Positions 1 to 10,716 of a DNA stretch of 24,647 nt are shown here, one piece after another (within the stretch, counting starts at the first letter, position 1; each line of letters opens with the position of its first letter). Below the pieces are notes generated by a model. The model made no database searches, had not been told where the DNA came from, and saw nothing but the letters and a program-made list of their open reading frames with translations. A program made the translations under genes and the position numbers. The stretch is taken from the IMG/VR virus record IMGVR_UViG_3300036888_000002, positions 1-24,647 of that record; one strand, given 5' to 3'. Origin of the DNA: a virus. Taxonomy: Duplodnaviria; Caudoviricetes.

Positions 1-960
<960 letters not shown>

Positions 961-964
<4 letters not shown>

Positions 965-2049
965 GGCAATACTTTCACAACTGAGTACGTGGCTCTATTG
1001 ATGATAGAGAACGTCCCATCAACACCATGCGTCACATACATATAGACGCCCCCAGGATCAGCAGCAATATCCCAATCAATCGAGTAACCACTGGTTCCAG
1101 CCGTACCAAAGGGGACCGTGTGCGTGACGGTATTAGTCCCGACATTAATCACCGAGATAGTTCCATCGTACACATTTACAACCCATACTTCTGCAAAATC
1201 TGGAGTCACAGCCATATTTAGCGGCTGGTTACCGACGGTAATGGTAGTTGTAATGGAACCATAACAAATGACCTTATTGCCATTTGGTATCGCAGTATAA
1301 ATAACAGATCCTAGATCGAAGTCAAAAGCCACCACTCCTGCTGGATCGTTGTACAAGCCAAGCGGGTCACGACCTAAAGATGTAGCAGGCAAATCAAAAT
1401 CGTACAAATAACCATATTCGTTGTGAAAACCAGCCGTCCAACCACCCATACCTAGAAAACCAATATCGAAAAGACCCACATTACCATCAGGGGGCGAATA
1501 GTGAGGACTAGCCATAAGGTTGGACTCTATATCCACACACCAAACGACGTTGCCCTGAACGAAACAGACGTAAGTACCACTCGAATCTATGCGAACGTGT
1601 GTGATCCCACCCACACTCCACAGGTCCAAAGCCGAACCATCCGTCGCACTCGAACAAAAAGCATAGTCACCATTATACGAAGACCAATACAACTTCGTAC
1701 CGTCTGGCGACACAGCAATGTATTGAGGCATCATCCGGCACGGAGGTGTACCCACCGACGTCGCAGGGAACACATCAATGACAGCCCGTGTTGTAAGATC
1801 AATCTTCGAAATACTACCGTTTGCGCCATATGTAATGTATAGGTCAGAGTTACACACATAGGCATACTTACCGTCGGGAGAAACAGCCACACCTTCTGGA
1901 TTAAAAAAGGGTATAATAGGTTTAGGATCTGGTCTAGTCCAGTCCTGATAGACCTGTGTTTGCTGCTGAGCTAGCCCAGCAGTCTGTCGGCCCGACTGAA
2001 CTAAAGAATCCCACAAACGATCATTTGGATTAGGTACAACCTTAGGCAT
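961..2049 (-). CDS. Minor tail protein with YVTN/YncE-type beta-propeller
   Basis: Repeated blades [67 protein letters not shown]; lies directly after the hub gene. Confidence 0.75.
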
Positions 2050-2057
2050 ATCAGTCC

Positions 2058-3515
2058 TTATGGAAGGGTAGGAGTCTGACGCAACTTAGTGTCCGGATCT
2101 AGTGAATAGTCAGGTGGAGTGTCAAGAGTGTAGGTAATGAGGCAGTCGCCCTCGTCGGCAACAGTAGCCTGATAGCTAGCGATTCTCCACTTCATTCCTT
2201 CAATCATACCTGTGGGGAATCGAGGGTCAAATACATTGCCATCCTGATCGAGTGAAGGAACCACGACATTCACGTCGTCCCCGACAATGAAGGTACCAAG
2301 CCCACACTCGTCACTAAACATATCCACTGTGACTTGTGGGGCTACAGGAGGCCATGAGTATAGTACAGAGTCACTTAGTCCCATATGCTGGAGCAATACC
2401 GTGGGGTTCGGAGAGTTGAGGTTCGCAATGTTGTGGACGAGGGCCGTATTAGGATAGCCACCATAAGTACCAGTGCCTCCGGGGTAAATGTTCTCAATGA
2501 CCGCAATATCCTGATTACCACCAGTCTCAAAGTTAATACTACCTTGAGCAGTCCCGTCCTCAGGGAATGTCCAGTCATGGGCACTCCCGAGATTGATAGT
2601 TAAGTTAGATCCTGTTGGAGACAATATCCTGCCACGTCGAGGGTAACTTAGGTTCATAGTAGCTTGAATGGGAGAGTACCGACTAGTCATATAGGCCCAA
2701 TCAATCGCCATATCAAAACCAATCCCATACCCCAAAGAGGTTAACTGCTGAAGGATTGAAGATAGGGTCATGAGTGACGTATAAGGAAATGTGATCTGGA
2801 TATAGCTGAGGAATGGAGTTCGTGTTCCAGTGGGATCAAGGTCACTTGAGGTCCACTCAGGTTTTCCAATGTACTCAATACCATTATCACCATTAACAAC
2901 AACACCATTCAAAGCAATAGCTAACCCATTTGTAGGATTACCATGAACGTCTATCCCCCAAAGTCCCCCGTTAGGAACAGACAGTGCATCCAACATTACC
3001 TGAGCGCCAATCAACATAGGGTCCCAGATAAAGGGCTGATTTCCCCATGGAGGACCACAGTCAGTATATCCAATCCCTAAAGTAAGGAATGACTGATTCC
3101 ACACAGGCATACCGGGAGCGCTATAAGGTCCAGTGATTCCAGAGTAGGGTGGAGAAGAATAGTCGGTCGCCTGGACAACATGCGACCACCAGCTACTACC
3201 CTCTTGAGCATCTATCTCAAGCTGAAATCCCTGGGCATTAAATGTCTCTTTGCGTCCTGAGATTGGTCCACCCCAGACTATCTCACCATTGTAATCAATG
3301 ATAAGAGTCGTCTTGTTAGGTGCTGTTGCACGCACCCAATCAGTATTTTGTATGCCAGGATCCTGAAGGTCAAGATTCCCGGTGAATGATCCAGCCGAGT
3401 TAACTGGTCCACCACCAAAGGATACACCCCTAAAGGGCAGTGTCTCAATAAACAACCCAGTTAATGTGTCATAGAGAAGATATGTAACTGGAGTATCAAC
3501 ACTTACAACAGCCAT
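2058..3515 (-). CDS. Minor tail protein, baseplate hub (Tal/Gp37-like)
   Basis: Follows the distal tail gene. Motifs YLLYDTLTG..IETLP, IVWGGPI, SYPRRG, FIVGDDV and WRIASY resemble actinophage hub proteins. ATG at 3515 preferred over TTG at 3527. Confidence 0.7.
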   Translation of the reverse strand: MAVVSVDTPVTYLLYDTLTGLFIETLPFRGVSFGGGPVNSAGSFTGNLDLQDPGIQNTDWVRATAPNKTTLIIDYNGEIVWGGPISGRKETFNAQGFQLEIDAQEGSSWWSHVVQATDYSSPPYSGITGPYSAPGMPVWNQSFLTLGIGYTDCGPPWGNQPFIWDPMLIGAQVMLDALSVPNGGLWGIDVHGNPTNGLAIALNGVVVNGDNGIEYIGKPEWTSSDLDPTGTRTPFLSYIQITFPYTSLMTLSSILQQLTSLGYGIGFDMAIDWAYMTSRYSPIQATMNLSYPRRGRILSPTGSNLTINLGSAHDWTFPEDGTAQGSINFETGGNQDIAVIENIYPGGTGTYGGYPNTALVHNIANLNSPNPTVLLQHMGLSDSVLYSWPPVAPQVTVDMFSDECGLGTFIVGDDVNVVVPSLDQDGNVFDPRFPTGMIEGMKWRIASYQATVADEGDCLITYTLDTPPDYSLDPDTKLRQTPTLP

Positions 3516-4696
3516 GCCGACGCCCAATCTACTCCGATATACGCAGTTCCAGACGAACTATTGTCCTTGATTTTTGACGTGCCAGGGAACAACACAGGCC
3601 ATGTACTCCCAGCAGTCAGTGCGTATGAGAGTGGTGTCTTAGTCCAGCCCGACCCAATAAGACCACCAGTACACAGATTACCTTGACTCGTCATGTAAAC
3701 AACATTATCAAAGCCAAGAGTAGGTGCGCTTAAAAACCCATCATAACTAAGAGTAGCAAGACCGCCTTTACTCTGAGATACATTAAAGATCCCCGCTGTT
3801 GGGAATCCTGCTGATGCTGGGCTTTCGTTCGTCTCTAGAGTCGTATATAGCGCACCGAGAGTCCTGCTCGGATCATAGTCAGTAACGGGTCTACCGTCCA
3901 TAGTTGACTTAGTAGTAACTGCGTTAGCAGCACTGTACAAAAGAGCAGTCTGGTAATAGCAGTCTACGAGAATGTACTGATAAGGCAATAGAGTAAAGGC
4001 ATCAGCACCATCACCATTACCCCACCCCAAAAGGCTCACACTGCCATCAGCACCAGGACTCGGTGGAGGTACAGTCACCTGAACACCAGGATTAGTAGCA
4101 GGTCCCGTTATATAAAACACCGGACGGCAGTCAAAGTTTCCTGCATTGAGAAACTCTCCTTCATCACCAAGACCAAGACGAAGCTCTTGGGTTGGGCCGT
4201 AGAATCGAGGATCCGTGGCGTGCAACATCACTTGAAGGTCTTGCGCTAAGTTACCCAATGAGTAAGTAATGTCGATCTTCCATGACCGGTTACGAGGCCG
4301 AGCCATACAAGCTAACGTACCAGTAGTGTCGGGAGGAACAGCAGTTAGTGTTTCCCAATAGGGCAAGCTAAAGAACAATGGTGTCTCTATGTTTGCTTGA
4401 GGACCAAAGGCAGAACTGAGAGTAAGGAGGTTCTCCTGAAGGGTTGTATCACCTGTAGCTTGACAATCAAACTTCAGTGTGATGTCACGACCGGCCAAGA
4501 AGTCATACCCAATAAACTCCCCCTGATCCCTTGGTCTGCCCGAGTCACCAGTTCGGATATTCTCAATATCTAACCCGTCAATCTCTTTCCAGTTGACACC
4601 ATTAGAACCAACACCAAACGTCTGTCCTTGAAAGTAAAACTGATATGGCTCTAGTGCAGGAATACCGCCATAAGAACTAATGATAGGGAATGACAT
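3503..4696 (-). CDS. Distal tail protein (Dit-like)
   Basis: Directly after the tape measure, with a TAATG overlap at 4694-4698 giving start 4696. Motifs GLD..IRTGD..RP...G.F.G.DFL.GRDITL, ATDPRFYG, NAGN...RP...ITGP..NP. Confidence 0.75.
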   Translation of the reverse strand: MSFPIISSYGGIPALEPYQFYFQGQTFGVGSNGVNWKEIDGLDIENIRTGDSGRPRDQGEFIGYDFLAGRDITLKFDCQATGDTTLQENLLTLSSAFGPQANIETPLFFSLPYWETLTAVPPDTTGTLACMARPRNRSWKIDITYSLGNLAQDLQVMLHATDPRFYGPTQELRLGLGDEGEFLNAGNFDCRPVFYITGPATNPGVQVTVPPPSPGADGSVSLLGWGNGDGADAFTLLPYQYILVDCYYQTALLYSAANAVTTKSTMDGRPVTDYDPSRTLGALYTTLETNESPASAGFPTAGIFNVSQSKGGLATLSYDGFLSAPTLGFDNVVYMTSQGNLCTGGLIGSGWTKTPLSYALTAGSTWPVLFPGTSKIKDNSSSGTAYIGVDWASAWLL

Positions 4697-7600
4697 TATC
4701 GTGCTACCTTCGTCCTCATATGCCACGACACAGCAGAAGCAACAGCCTGAGCATCCGTGGGGTTAATCCCGGTTATCTCAATATGTACACCTGACCCAGC
4801 AAACTCTGTATTAGCTCGGGCCTGCTCAATAGATATAAGAGCATTCGCCTTAGCTTCAGCTCTCTGAGCATTGTCCTTTATGCTAGCCAAGAGCTTTTGA
4901 GCATTAGCGTTAGCAGTATTAGCAGCATCTTGTGCAATAGTTGACGCTCGATCCGCTATAGCGAGAGCCTGTCCTTGCTGAGCCTGAGCACCTGAAAGCC
5001 CGGTAGCAGTCTGCACTTGCTGCAAAGTAGTTCCACCCTTTGCGGCCATGTCTGACAGTTTCTGCTGTATACCTATAGGCAAGTCAGTAGACTTCTGCAA
5101 AGCAGCAACCTTCAGGCCAGCCGCCGCAACCGCAGCATCCCCAAGTTTGGTAGTTTGAGCTACAACAATGGACTGCGCATCTTCTTTAGCTTGATAACTT
5201 GTGGTTATCTGGTCAAGAGCAACCTTATACCTTTGAGCAACAAGGTTCAATCCATACAAGCCACGCTCCCCGAGAATGTCAGCCTTTGTCTGTGCTTGGT
5301 TTGCAATCAGGTCAGACTGAGCCGTAGCCTTTGCAGTAGCCACAGTGACTGAATCATTGATCCCCTGGACGACCTTAGCGGCCATGTCTGAGATAATCGC
5401 AGTCTGGTCCGTGTATTGTGTAGTGGCTGCCTTAACCTCGTCATTAATACCGGTCTTCACAACATCCACTTCAAGTGCCCCATAATATGCTAACTCGGCT
5501 TTGTGTGTTGCAATGAGACTGTCAGCTAAGGACTTAAGACCATCCTTCTGAAGAGTAAGCAACTCCTGCTGGTATGCCTTTGCACCGGCACCCTGCAACT
5601 CTGGCTTCAATGATTGAATGGTTCCGGTCTGGAGTGCCTGTTGCATAGCTTGCAAGAAACTTAGTCCGGCCTTCACAATCGGATTTTCCACATAGCCAGC
5701 AGTACCAGGAGTTATAGACTCTTGGTGCTTAGCCGCAGCGGCGGCGGCAGCGGCGGCGGCTGCCGCTAACTTATCCGTATATGCAGACTCAGCAGCAGTA
5801 GGCACACCACCAGCACTGTGCATCTCAGCAGTGTGTATGTTCTGGGCACGCTCTCGGTATGGGCGCATTGCCCTTTCCTGTGCATTGATTAGCTGTTGCT
5901 GAGGAGAACCTGCTTCTGCCTTCACGAAATCAGCCCTGAGTGGTCCAGAATACTGATCTATTGTGTTCTTTATCTGAGCTTGCTCTGCTGCAACGGCTGC
6001 CTGCATACCCATATAGTTTCCAGACTTCTGTGCAGTTGAAAACTTATTAGCTTGAGTTTGTGTGTAATAACCTGCTGCAATACGAGCCTTGTCATTAGCA
6101 ATCGACTCAGAACCCCACAACTTTATCAGACCACCAATAGCTATAGCAACAAGAGCAATAGGTCCAAGCATAGACATTGTAGCAGTATTAACTACCTCAG
6201 CCGTTTCAGTTGCCGTTACACCTTCTACCACCAGAGCACCATCAACCGCACTTATGGATGTAACAACACCAGCATTTGCAGCTATATTCTCTGCATCAAG
6301 AGCGGGCATACCTTCAAACTGAAGCTGAACTGTTGACACACTGAGTGACAACTGTTCATAGGCACCTGCTAGTTCTTCTGTCGAAGCAGCGTTTGTAACT
6401 GTTGCTCCATCATTAGCTGCTAATGCCTTACTCAAACCTGTAATAGCAACGGCTACAGAGTCAGTATTTGCGGCCTGTGCCCGAGCCTGCAATCCGAACC
6501 AGTTCATCCGACCACCAGCCGACAGCAACTGAGTACCAAGTCTACCAAGAGCACCAACAAGATAGTACCCAATCGCTATGACAACCGGACCTATAGTTAT
6601 TGAAGCAAGGACAATCGCAGCACCCTTATACTTCTCGAACCAATCTATAACCTTAGCCAGAATAACCTCAAGATGACTAAGAGCACCAACAACATCTCGA
6701 CCAACAACAATGCCAAAGTTATGCATTTCGGCCCGACCAGCGGCCACTTGTCCAGCGAATGTCTTTGAAAATGCCTCAGACGCACCCTTGGTGCGATCAC
6801 GAAGAACTTCAAGAATATGGGCCACTGTACTTGTTGCAACCTGCAACTGAACCTGAGCATCCTTGAGTTGCAATGATGCTGTGGCATAGGCGGTTGTATA
6901 AGCAACTCCCTCTAACATACCAGCATTGTGCTTCTGCTGAACATTACTTAGAGCCTGCTCTGCTTTAGCAACAGCCTCATGGGAGGTCTGCAAGGAGTGC
7001 AACCGACCTGAAGCCACATTTATGTTAATACCCCATGAGAGAAGTGTCCTAGTCGATCCACCAAACACATGGTCTAGAGCGTCAGCCGCAGCACTAAGAG
7101 ATACACCCTTATACCTTGCCAAGTCTTCAGCAAGTCCCATGTCATTAAAAGCTTTATGAGAGTTACCAAGAGCCATAGTAAGGTTGCCCAGAGCCTCATT
7201 AACGTCCTGAGCATTGTACCCAAAGTGAGCGGCAGAGCTTTGTGCTTTGCCTAACTCACCAGCAAACTCAGTCATGTTAGCACCGGTGTTCTTAGCCACA
7301 GTCTGCAAAGATATGAGGGACTGTTCATACTTGTCCCACATCCTTACACCCTCGACCGCCATGACAGCAGCACCGGCAATACCCGCAGTAAAGGCAATCT
7401 TACCAACAGACGCCAGCATTGCCTTAAGACCTTCAGCCTTAGTGGTGGTGGCCGAGAGTGATGCTCCCATCTTCGTAAAGACGTTAGAGAATGGAATACC
7501 CATATTTGACATCTGGGTGCCAATACCAGTAAAGATAGATCCCATCTTGTGGGACATACCAGTCATGGAAGTCTCCATGTCCTTAGCAGCCTTACGACCA

Positions 7601-7710
7601 GCGCTGCCCATATGATTAGACATCAAGTCACTATCAGCGACCACCTTGTCACGAGTGGCGTCGAACTGTGTAGCATCACCTAAAATATAAACGGTAATAT
7701 GAGCGGCCAT
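4696..7710 (-). CDS. Tape measure protein (~1004 aa)
   Basis: Longest ORF, Ala/Gln-rich and helical with hydrophobic segments, at the canonical position before Dit. Start ATG 7710 (MAAHITVYILGDA) lies 1 nt after the upstream stop. Confidence 0.9.
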   Translation of the reverse strand: MAAHITVYILGDATQFDATRDKVVADSDLMSNHMGSAGRKAAKDMETSMTGMSHKMGSIFTGIGTQMSNMGIPFSNVFTKMGASLSATTTKAEGLKAMLASVGKIAFTAGIAGAAVMAVEGVRMWDKYEQSLISLQTVAKNTGANMTEFAGELGKAQSSAAHFGYNAQDVNEALGNLTMALGNSHKAFNDMGLAEDLARYKGVSLSAAADALDHVFGGSTRTLLSWGININVASGRLHSLQTSHEAVAKAEQALSNVQQKHNAGMLEGVAYTTAYATASLQLKDAQVQLQVATSTVAHILEVLRDRTKGASEAFSKTFAGQVAAGRAEMHNFGIVVGRDVVGALSHLEVILAKVIDWFEKYKGAAIVLASITIGPVVIAIGYYLVGALGRLGTQLLSAGGRMNWFGLQARAQAANTDSVAVAITGLSKALAANDGATVTNAASTEELAGAYEQLSLSVSTVQLQFEGMPALDAENIAANAGVVTSISAVDGALVVEGVTATETAEVVNTATMSMLGPIALVAIAIGGLIKLWGSESIANDKARIAAGYYTQTQANKFSTAQKSGNYMGMQAAVAAEQAQIKNTIDQYSGPLRADFVKAEAGSPQQQLINAQERAMRPYRERAQNIHTAEMHSAGGVPTAAESAYTDKLAAAAAAAAAAAAKHQESITPGTAGYVENPIVKAGLSFLQAMQQALQTGTIQSLKPELQGAGAKAYQQELLTLQKDGLKSLADSLIATHKAELAYYGALEVDVVKTGINDEVKAATTQYTDQTAIISDMAAKVVQGINDSVTVATAKATAQSDLIANQAQTKADILGERGLYGLNLVAQRYKVALDQITTSYQAKEDAQSIVVAQTTKLGDAAVAAAGLKVAALQKSTDLPIGIQQKLSDMAAKGGTTLQQVQTATGLSGAQAQQGQALAIADRASTIAQDAANTANANAQKLLASIKDNAQRAEAKANALISIEQARANTEFAGSGVHIEITGINPTDAQAVASAVSWHMRTKVAR

Positions 7711-7711
7711 C

Positions 7712-8149
7712 TTATGCCTTATCAAACATCTCTTGCAGGGCAACGGACATTACAAGTTCTGCGTCTGCACCAACCTCTTGGGCAGCTATCTCAATGAATG
7801 GTTTAGTGTTCTTTTGGTCAACCCAGTGCCAATACTTCCTGTTTATATTTGGGTCAGGAAATACAGGGTGCCGGAACCTACCACTAAAGCCCGCCGTGAT
7901 AAACCGACCTGCATCGTTATATCCAGCAGGAGCACCTAAAGCCTTAACAGCAGGAATAAGCCCAGACACAACAGGACGGATATACCCATACCCACGCATG
8001 TTGTGAGGCTCGTGGGCCATAGCAAGTAGTGCGGCATCTCGTGCTATATCCCTGAGAACTTTATTGGTGACACGACGTGTGCCAGACTTAACCACAGTCA
8101 TGTAGTCCTTTAATCCCCTAGTGTCTACCCGTATAGTACTTTCAAGCAT
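7712..8149 (-). CDS. HK97 gp10-like tail completion/neck protein
   Basis: Basic 145-aa protein with RHPVF...WV.Q..KPFI..AA, as in gp10-like proteins. Confidence 0.55.
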   Translation of the reverse strand: MLESTIRVDTRGLKDYMTVVKSGTRRVTNKVLRDIARDAALLAMAHEPHNMRGYGYIRPVVSGLIPAVKALGAPAGYNDAGRFITAGFSGRFRHPVFPDPNINRKYWHWVDQKNTKPFIEIAAQEVGADAELVMSVALQEMFDKA

Positions 8150-8403
8150 TACCTAAACGCTTTCTGAACATTAGCTCCTACCAAAGCAGGGAATATCTGA
8201 TCCCAGTAAACCTCATCTATATAGATGGCCCATCCGGCGTATTCGAGGAATGGTCTACTTTCTGCTTCGTTCGGCCCGATGTGGAGGACGTAGGAGATTT
8301 GGGGCTGGTATCCGTACCAGAGGTCATCGGGATCGCCGTCAAGGAGCTTTCGCCACCTGACGGCAAAGTGGGGTCCATTGTCTTTTGTTCCCCAGTGTTT
8401 GGG
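8149..8403 (-). CDS. Frameshifted (-1) extension of the tail assembly chaperone (gpGT-like T segment)
   Basis: The -1 frame opens right after a TGA at the heptamer C CCA AAC (8403..8397) and gives 84 codons (PKHWGTKDNGPHFAVRWRKLLDGDPDDLWYGYQPQISYVLHIGPNEAESRPFLEYAGWAIYIDEVYWDQIFPALVGANVQKAFR). Its TAA overlaps the next ATG (TAATG). Confidence 0.75.
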   Translation of the reverse strand, partial: PKHWGTKDNGPHFAVRWRKLLDGDPDDLWYGYQPQISYVLHIGPNEAESRPFLEYAGWAIYIDEVYWDQIFPALVGANVQKAFR

Positions 8404-9014
8404 TCAATAAGAGGAGGAGGCTCAGGTTCATCTGGTTCCTCAGGAATCTCCAAGTCATACGACTCAAGAACTTCACCTACAGCAAAGTCAATAGTCTGTG
8501 GAGTAGCAACGGACTTGTCATTAGGTCCACCCCACACAATCCAAGCAACACAAGCCATAGCATCAGGATCCCCCTGGAATACCGACATTGTAAAACTAAC
8601 CAAGGTACCAAGGGCCGGATACCACCGCTTAATCTGACGAAGTGTCTTACAAGTCAGGTCCTTCTGAAAGTCTAGAGTGTACTCCGCACCATCAATCACA
8701 AGATGACAGGGGGGCAGTACCGCCCTATCTCTCTCGGCTTCAGACACAAAAGAGCCAACGAGTTCCCCGACTGAAAAGTCAGGAAGGCTCATAGGCTCTC
8801 GTGCATTCTTGACACCAGCCTTGTGCTGAGCAACCCAAATGACGCAAGCAAGTGCATCAGGATCGCCCATGACAGCAGCGGAAGTCAGTCCATTGTAAGT
8901 CCCCATGGGAAGACCGAACCATGCTTTGATATGGCGCAACTCGGAGATACCAAGGTCACGCTCAGGAGCAAAGCTATACTCCTTGTTCTGAAAAGTAAAA
9001 ACGGACTCGGGCAT
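8217..9014 (-). CDS. Tail assembly chaperone (gpG-like) with tandemly duplicated domain
   Basis: Follows the major tail gene; SD GAAAGGA. Two homologous halves (GDPDALAC/GDPDAMAC; DFSVGE/DFAVGE) and a low-complexity Ser/Thr/Pro C-terminus overlapping the -1 frame. Confidence 0.8.
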   Translation of the reverse strand: MPESVFTFQNKEYSFAPERDLGISELRHIKAWFGLPMGTYNGLTSAAVMGDPDALACVIWVAQHKAGVKNAREPMSLPDFSVGELVGSFVSEAERDRAVLPPCHLVIDGAEYTLDFQKDLTCKTLRQIKRWYPALGTLVSFTMSVFQGDPDAMACVAWIVWGGPNDKSVATPQTIDFAVGEVLESYDLEIPEEPDEPEPPPLIDPNTGEQKTMDPTLPSGGESSLTAIPMTSGTDTSPKSPTSSTSGRTKQKVDHSSNTPDGPSI

Positions 9015-9036
9015 GTCTAATCCTTTCGTAATCAGG

Positions 9037-9053
9037 AGTATAAGTCTTATACT
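9037..9053. promoter_or_regulatory. Perfect 17-bp palindrome AGTATAAG-T-CTTATACT, possible operator/internal promoter
   Basis: 8-bp arms with a 1-nt centre in the AT-rich gap between major tail and chaperone genes; overlaps -10-like hexamers TATAGT and TATACT on the coding strand. Confidence 0.4.
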
Positions 9054-9078
9054 ATAAACCCCCTAAACCCTTATATTC

Positions 9079-10194
9079 TTACCAGCCAGTGTCGCCAGTA
9101 ATCAACTGGGCAGACGGGCTAGTACCAGCATTACTGATAGCACCCTTAAGGTTAATGGTGTTATTCACAATGTCCACACCTTTGAGCGGAGCTTCACCAC
9201 CACTCTGAATGAGAAGTTCTGGCAGTGTGATGCCAAACGTATCATTCAGGCCGGACGTAGAGATGGCGTTACCAACAGCTGTAATCTGAACAGCCAGAGC
9301 ACTATGTGGCAAGAAGGCATCAAAGATATTACTCTTAGCTGTAGGTGTATAGTCCATTTCAAGAGCAACCGCAATCTCGATAAGACCGTTAGAGACTGGT
9401 TCCTCCTTATACTGTTGGCCGACATAGATACGGTCCACAGCCAACTTAGGAGTAAACGTCACGGTAACCTTACGACAACCATCAACAGCAACCCCACCTA
9501 CCTTAAAGAGAGATGAAGCGTTAGGCATTGTAAAGGGCACAGGACCAGCAGGCTCTGTTCCAATAAATGCCGGAGTCGAGGGAAATGCTACATAGCAAAA
9601 GTCCCAGTCATAAGCAAATGTCACCATGTTGTCACGAGGGAATACCCACTCGGCCTTTGTCAGCTTACCAGCATGGTAGTCCTGATAGTGGAGAGTACCA
9701 TCAGTTGATGGAACACCTAGTTCCATATCAACCCATGTACCATCCTGCACATACAGACCACCCGAGCCAGAAGCACCTGTCGCACCACCCTGCATAAGAG
9801 CATAAGCAGGAGAAGCAGCCACAGCAAGACCAGCCGCTGGGGTATTAGCCAACCCACCAAATGCCTGAGCAAGCATCAATGCCATTCCAGTGTTCATGAA
9901 ATCACCAGTCATAGTGACCTGAGCATCGAGCCATGTAGTCACGTTTGCCGAGCCAATGTCAATCACACCAGAGCCAGACACGTAACGAATATATGGGCCA
10001 CCCTGCACGATGTGAGGGTTCCATACACCCTCTGCCGACTTGACAGGAACACCACGAGTAGGTGCCATGAAATAACTAGAGTTGTAATACTCTGAAGGCC
10101 CGGTAGCGCCAGATGCACCAGAGCCTCCAACACCTTCGTCAGAACCTTGAGCGATTGCACAGTACCCGCCCAAACCCGAACCAATGCCAGACAT
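9079..10194 (-). CDS. Major tail (tube) protein
   Basis: Lies between terminator and chaperone. N-terminus MSGIGSGLGG with SD AAAGGAG 5 nt before ATG 10194. Beta-rich with EEPVSNG and G..P...G.DIV near the C-terminus. Confidence 0.8.
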   Translation of the reverse strand: MSGIGSGLGGYCAIAQGSDEGVGGSGASGATGPSEYYNSSYFMAPTRGVPVKSAEGVWNPHIVQGGPYIRYVSGSGVIDIGSANVTTWLDAQVTMTGDFMNTGMALMLAQAFGGLANTPAAGLAVAASPAYALMQGGATGASGSGGLYVQDGTWVDMELGVPSTDGTLHYQDYHAGKLTKAEWVFPRDNMVTFAYDWDFCYVAFPSTPAFIGTEPAGPVPFTMPNASSLFKVGGVAVDGCRKVTVTFTPKLAVDRIYVGQQYKEEPVSNGLIEIAVALEMDYTPTAKSNIFDAFLPHSALAVQITAVGNAISTSGLNDTFGITLPELLIQSGGEAPLKGVDIVNNTINLKGAISNAGTSPSAQLITGDTGW

Positions 10195-10208
10195 AATGTC
10201 TCCTTTAC

Positions 10209-10712
10209 TTACGCCGGAACAAGATATGCCCGGAGAGAAAATGACCAATCCAACTTGCCCTGCCAACCAGCCTGAGAACCACCAATGTTACCAGGAGTTC
10301 CCTGATAATGAGCGTAACCTAACTTAATCTCAAATGGGTGCGGATCACCAGTTATACCAAGAACAGGAATACCATTACCACCCCTATTCTCCACAACAGA
10401 CTTCATCACAATGTCAGTGAAAAGACTGTACGTTTTCGACATAATGTCTGTAGGAACATTTTCACCAGCATCACCAGTGAAAACTGTACAATAGCCCTGA
10501 AGCTCATACGATTCAATCCACTGGTAACCCATAGCTTCTATATCGAACACATGGTCGAAGATACCAGTAAAGAGGATGTATGAAGCAGGTTCAAACTGCA
10601 ACAGTTCGTACTGTGCTGTATAGACCGGAGGGTTTTCAGCCGCCGCAGCCGCAGAAACAAATCCCCACAGTGCTGCATAAGATGCCGGTGCTGTCGAGGT
10701 AATCGTGGTCAT
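10209..10712 (-). CDS. Putative tail terminator protein
   Basis: 167 aa, immediately upstream of the major tail gene; called from size and position only. Confidence 0.5.
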   Translation of the reverse strand: MTTITSTAPASYAALWGFVSAAAAAENPPVYTAQYELLQFEPASYILFTGIFDHVFDIEAMGYQWIESYELQGYCTVFTGDAGENVPTDIMSKTYSLFTDIVMKSVVENRGGNGIPVLGITGDPHPFEIKLGYAHYQGTPGNIGGSQAGWQGKLDWSFSLRAYLVPA

Positions 10713-10716
10713 GTCT

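Noticed and set aside
5731-5766. 12-Ala run (GCN repeat) in the tape measure
   Set aside because: Mixed codons, in frame, within an Ala-rich helical protein; no sign of phase variation.
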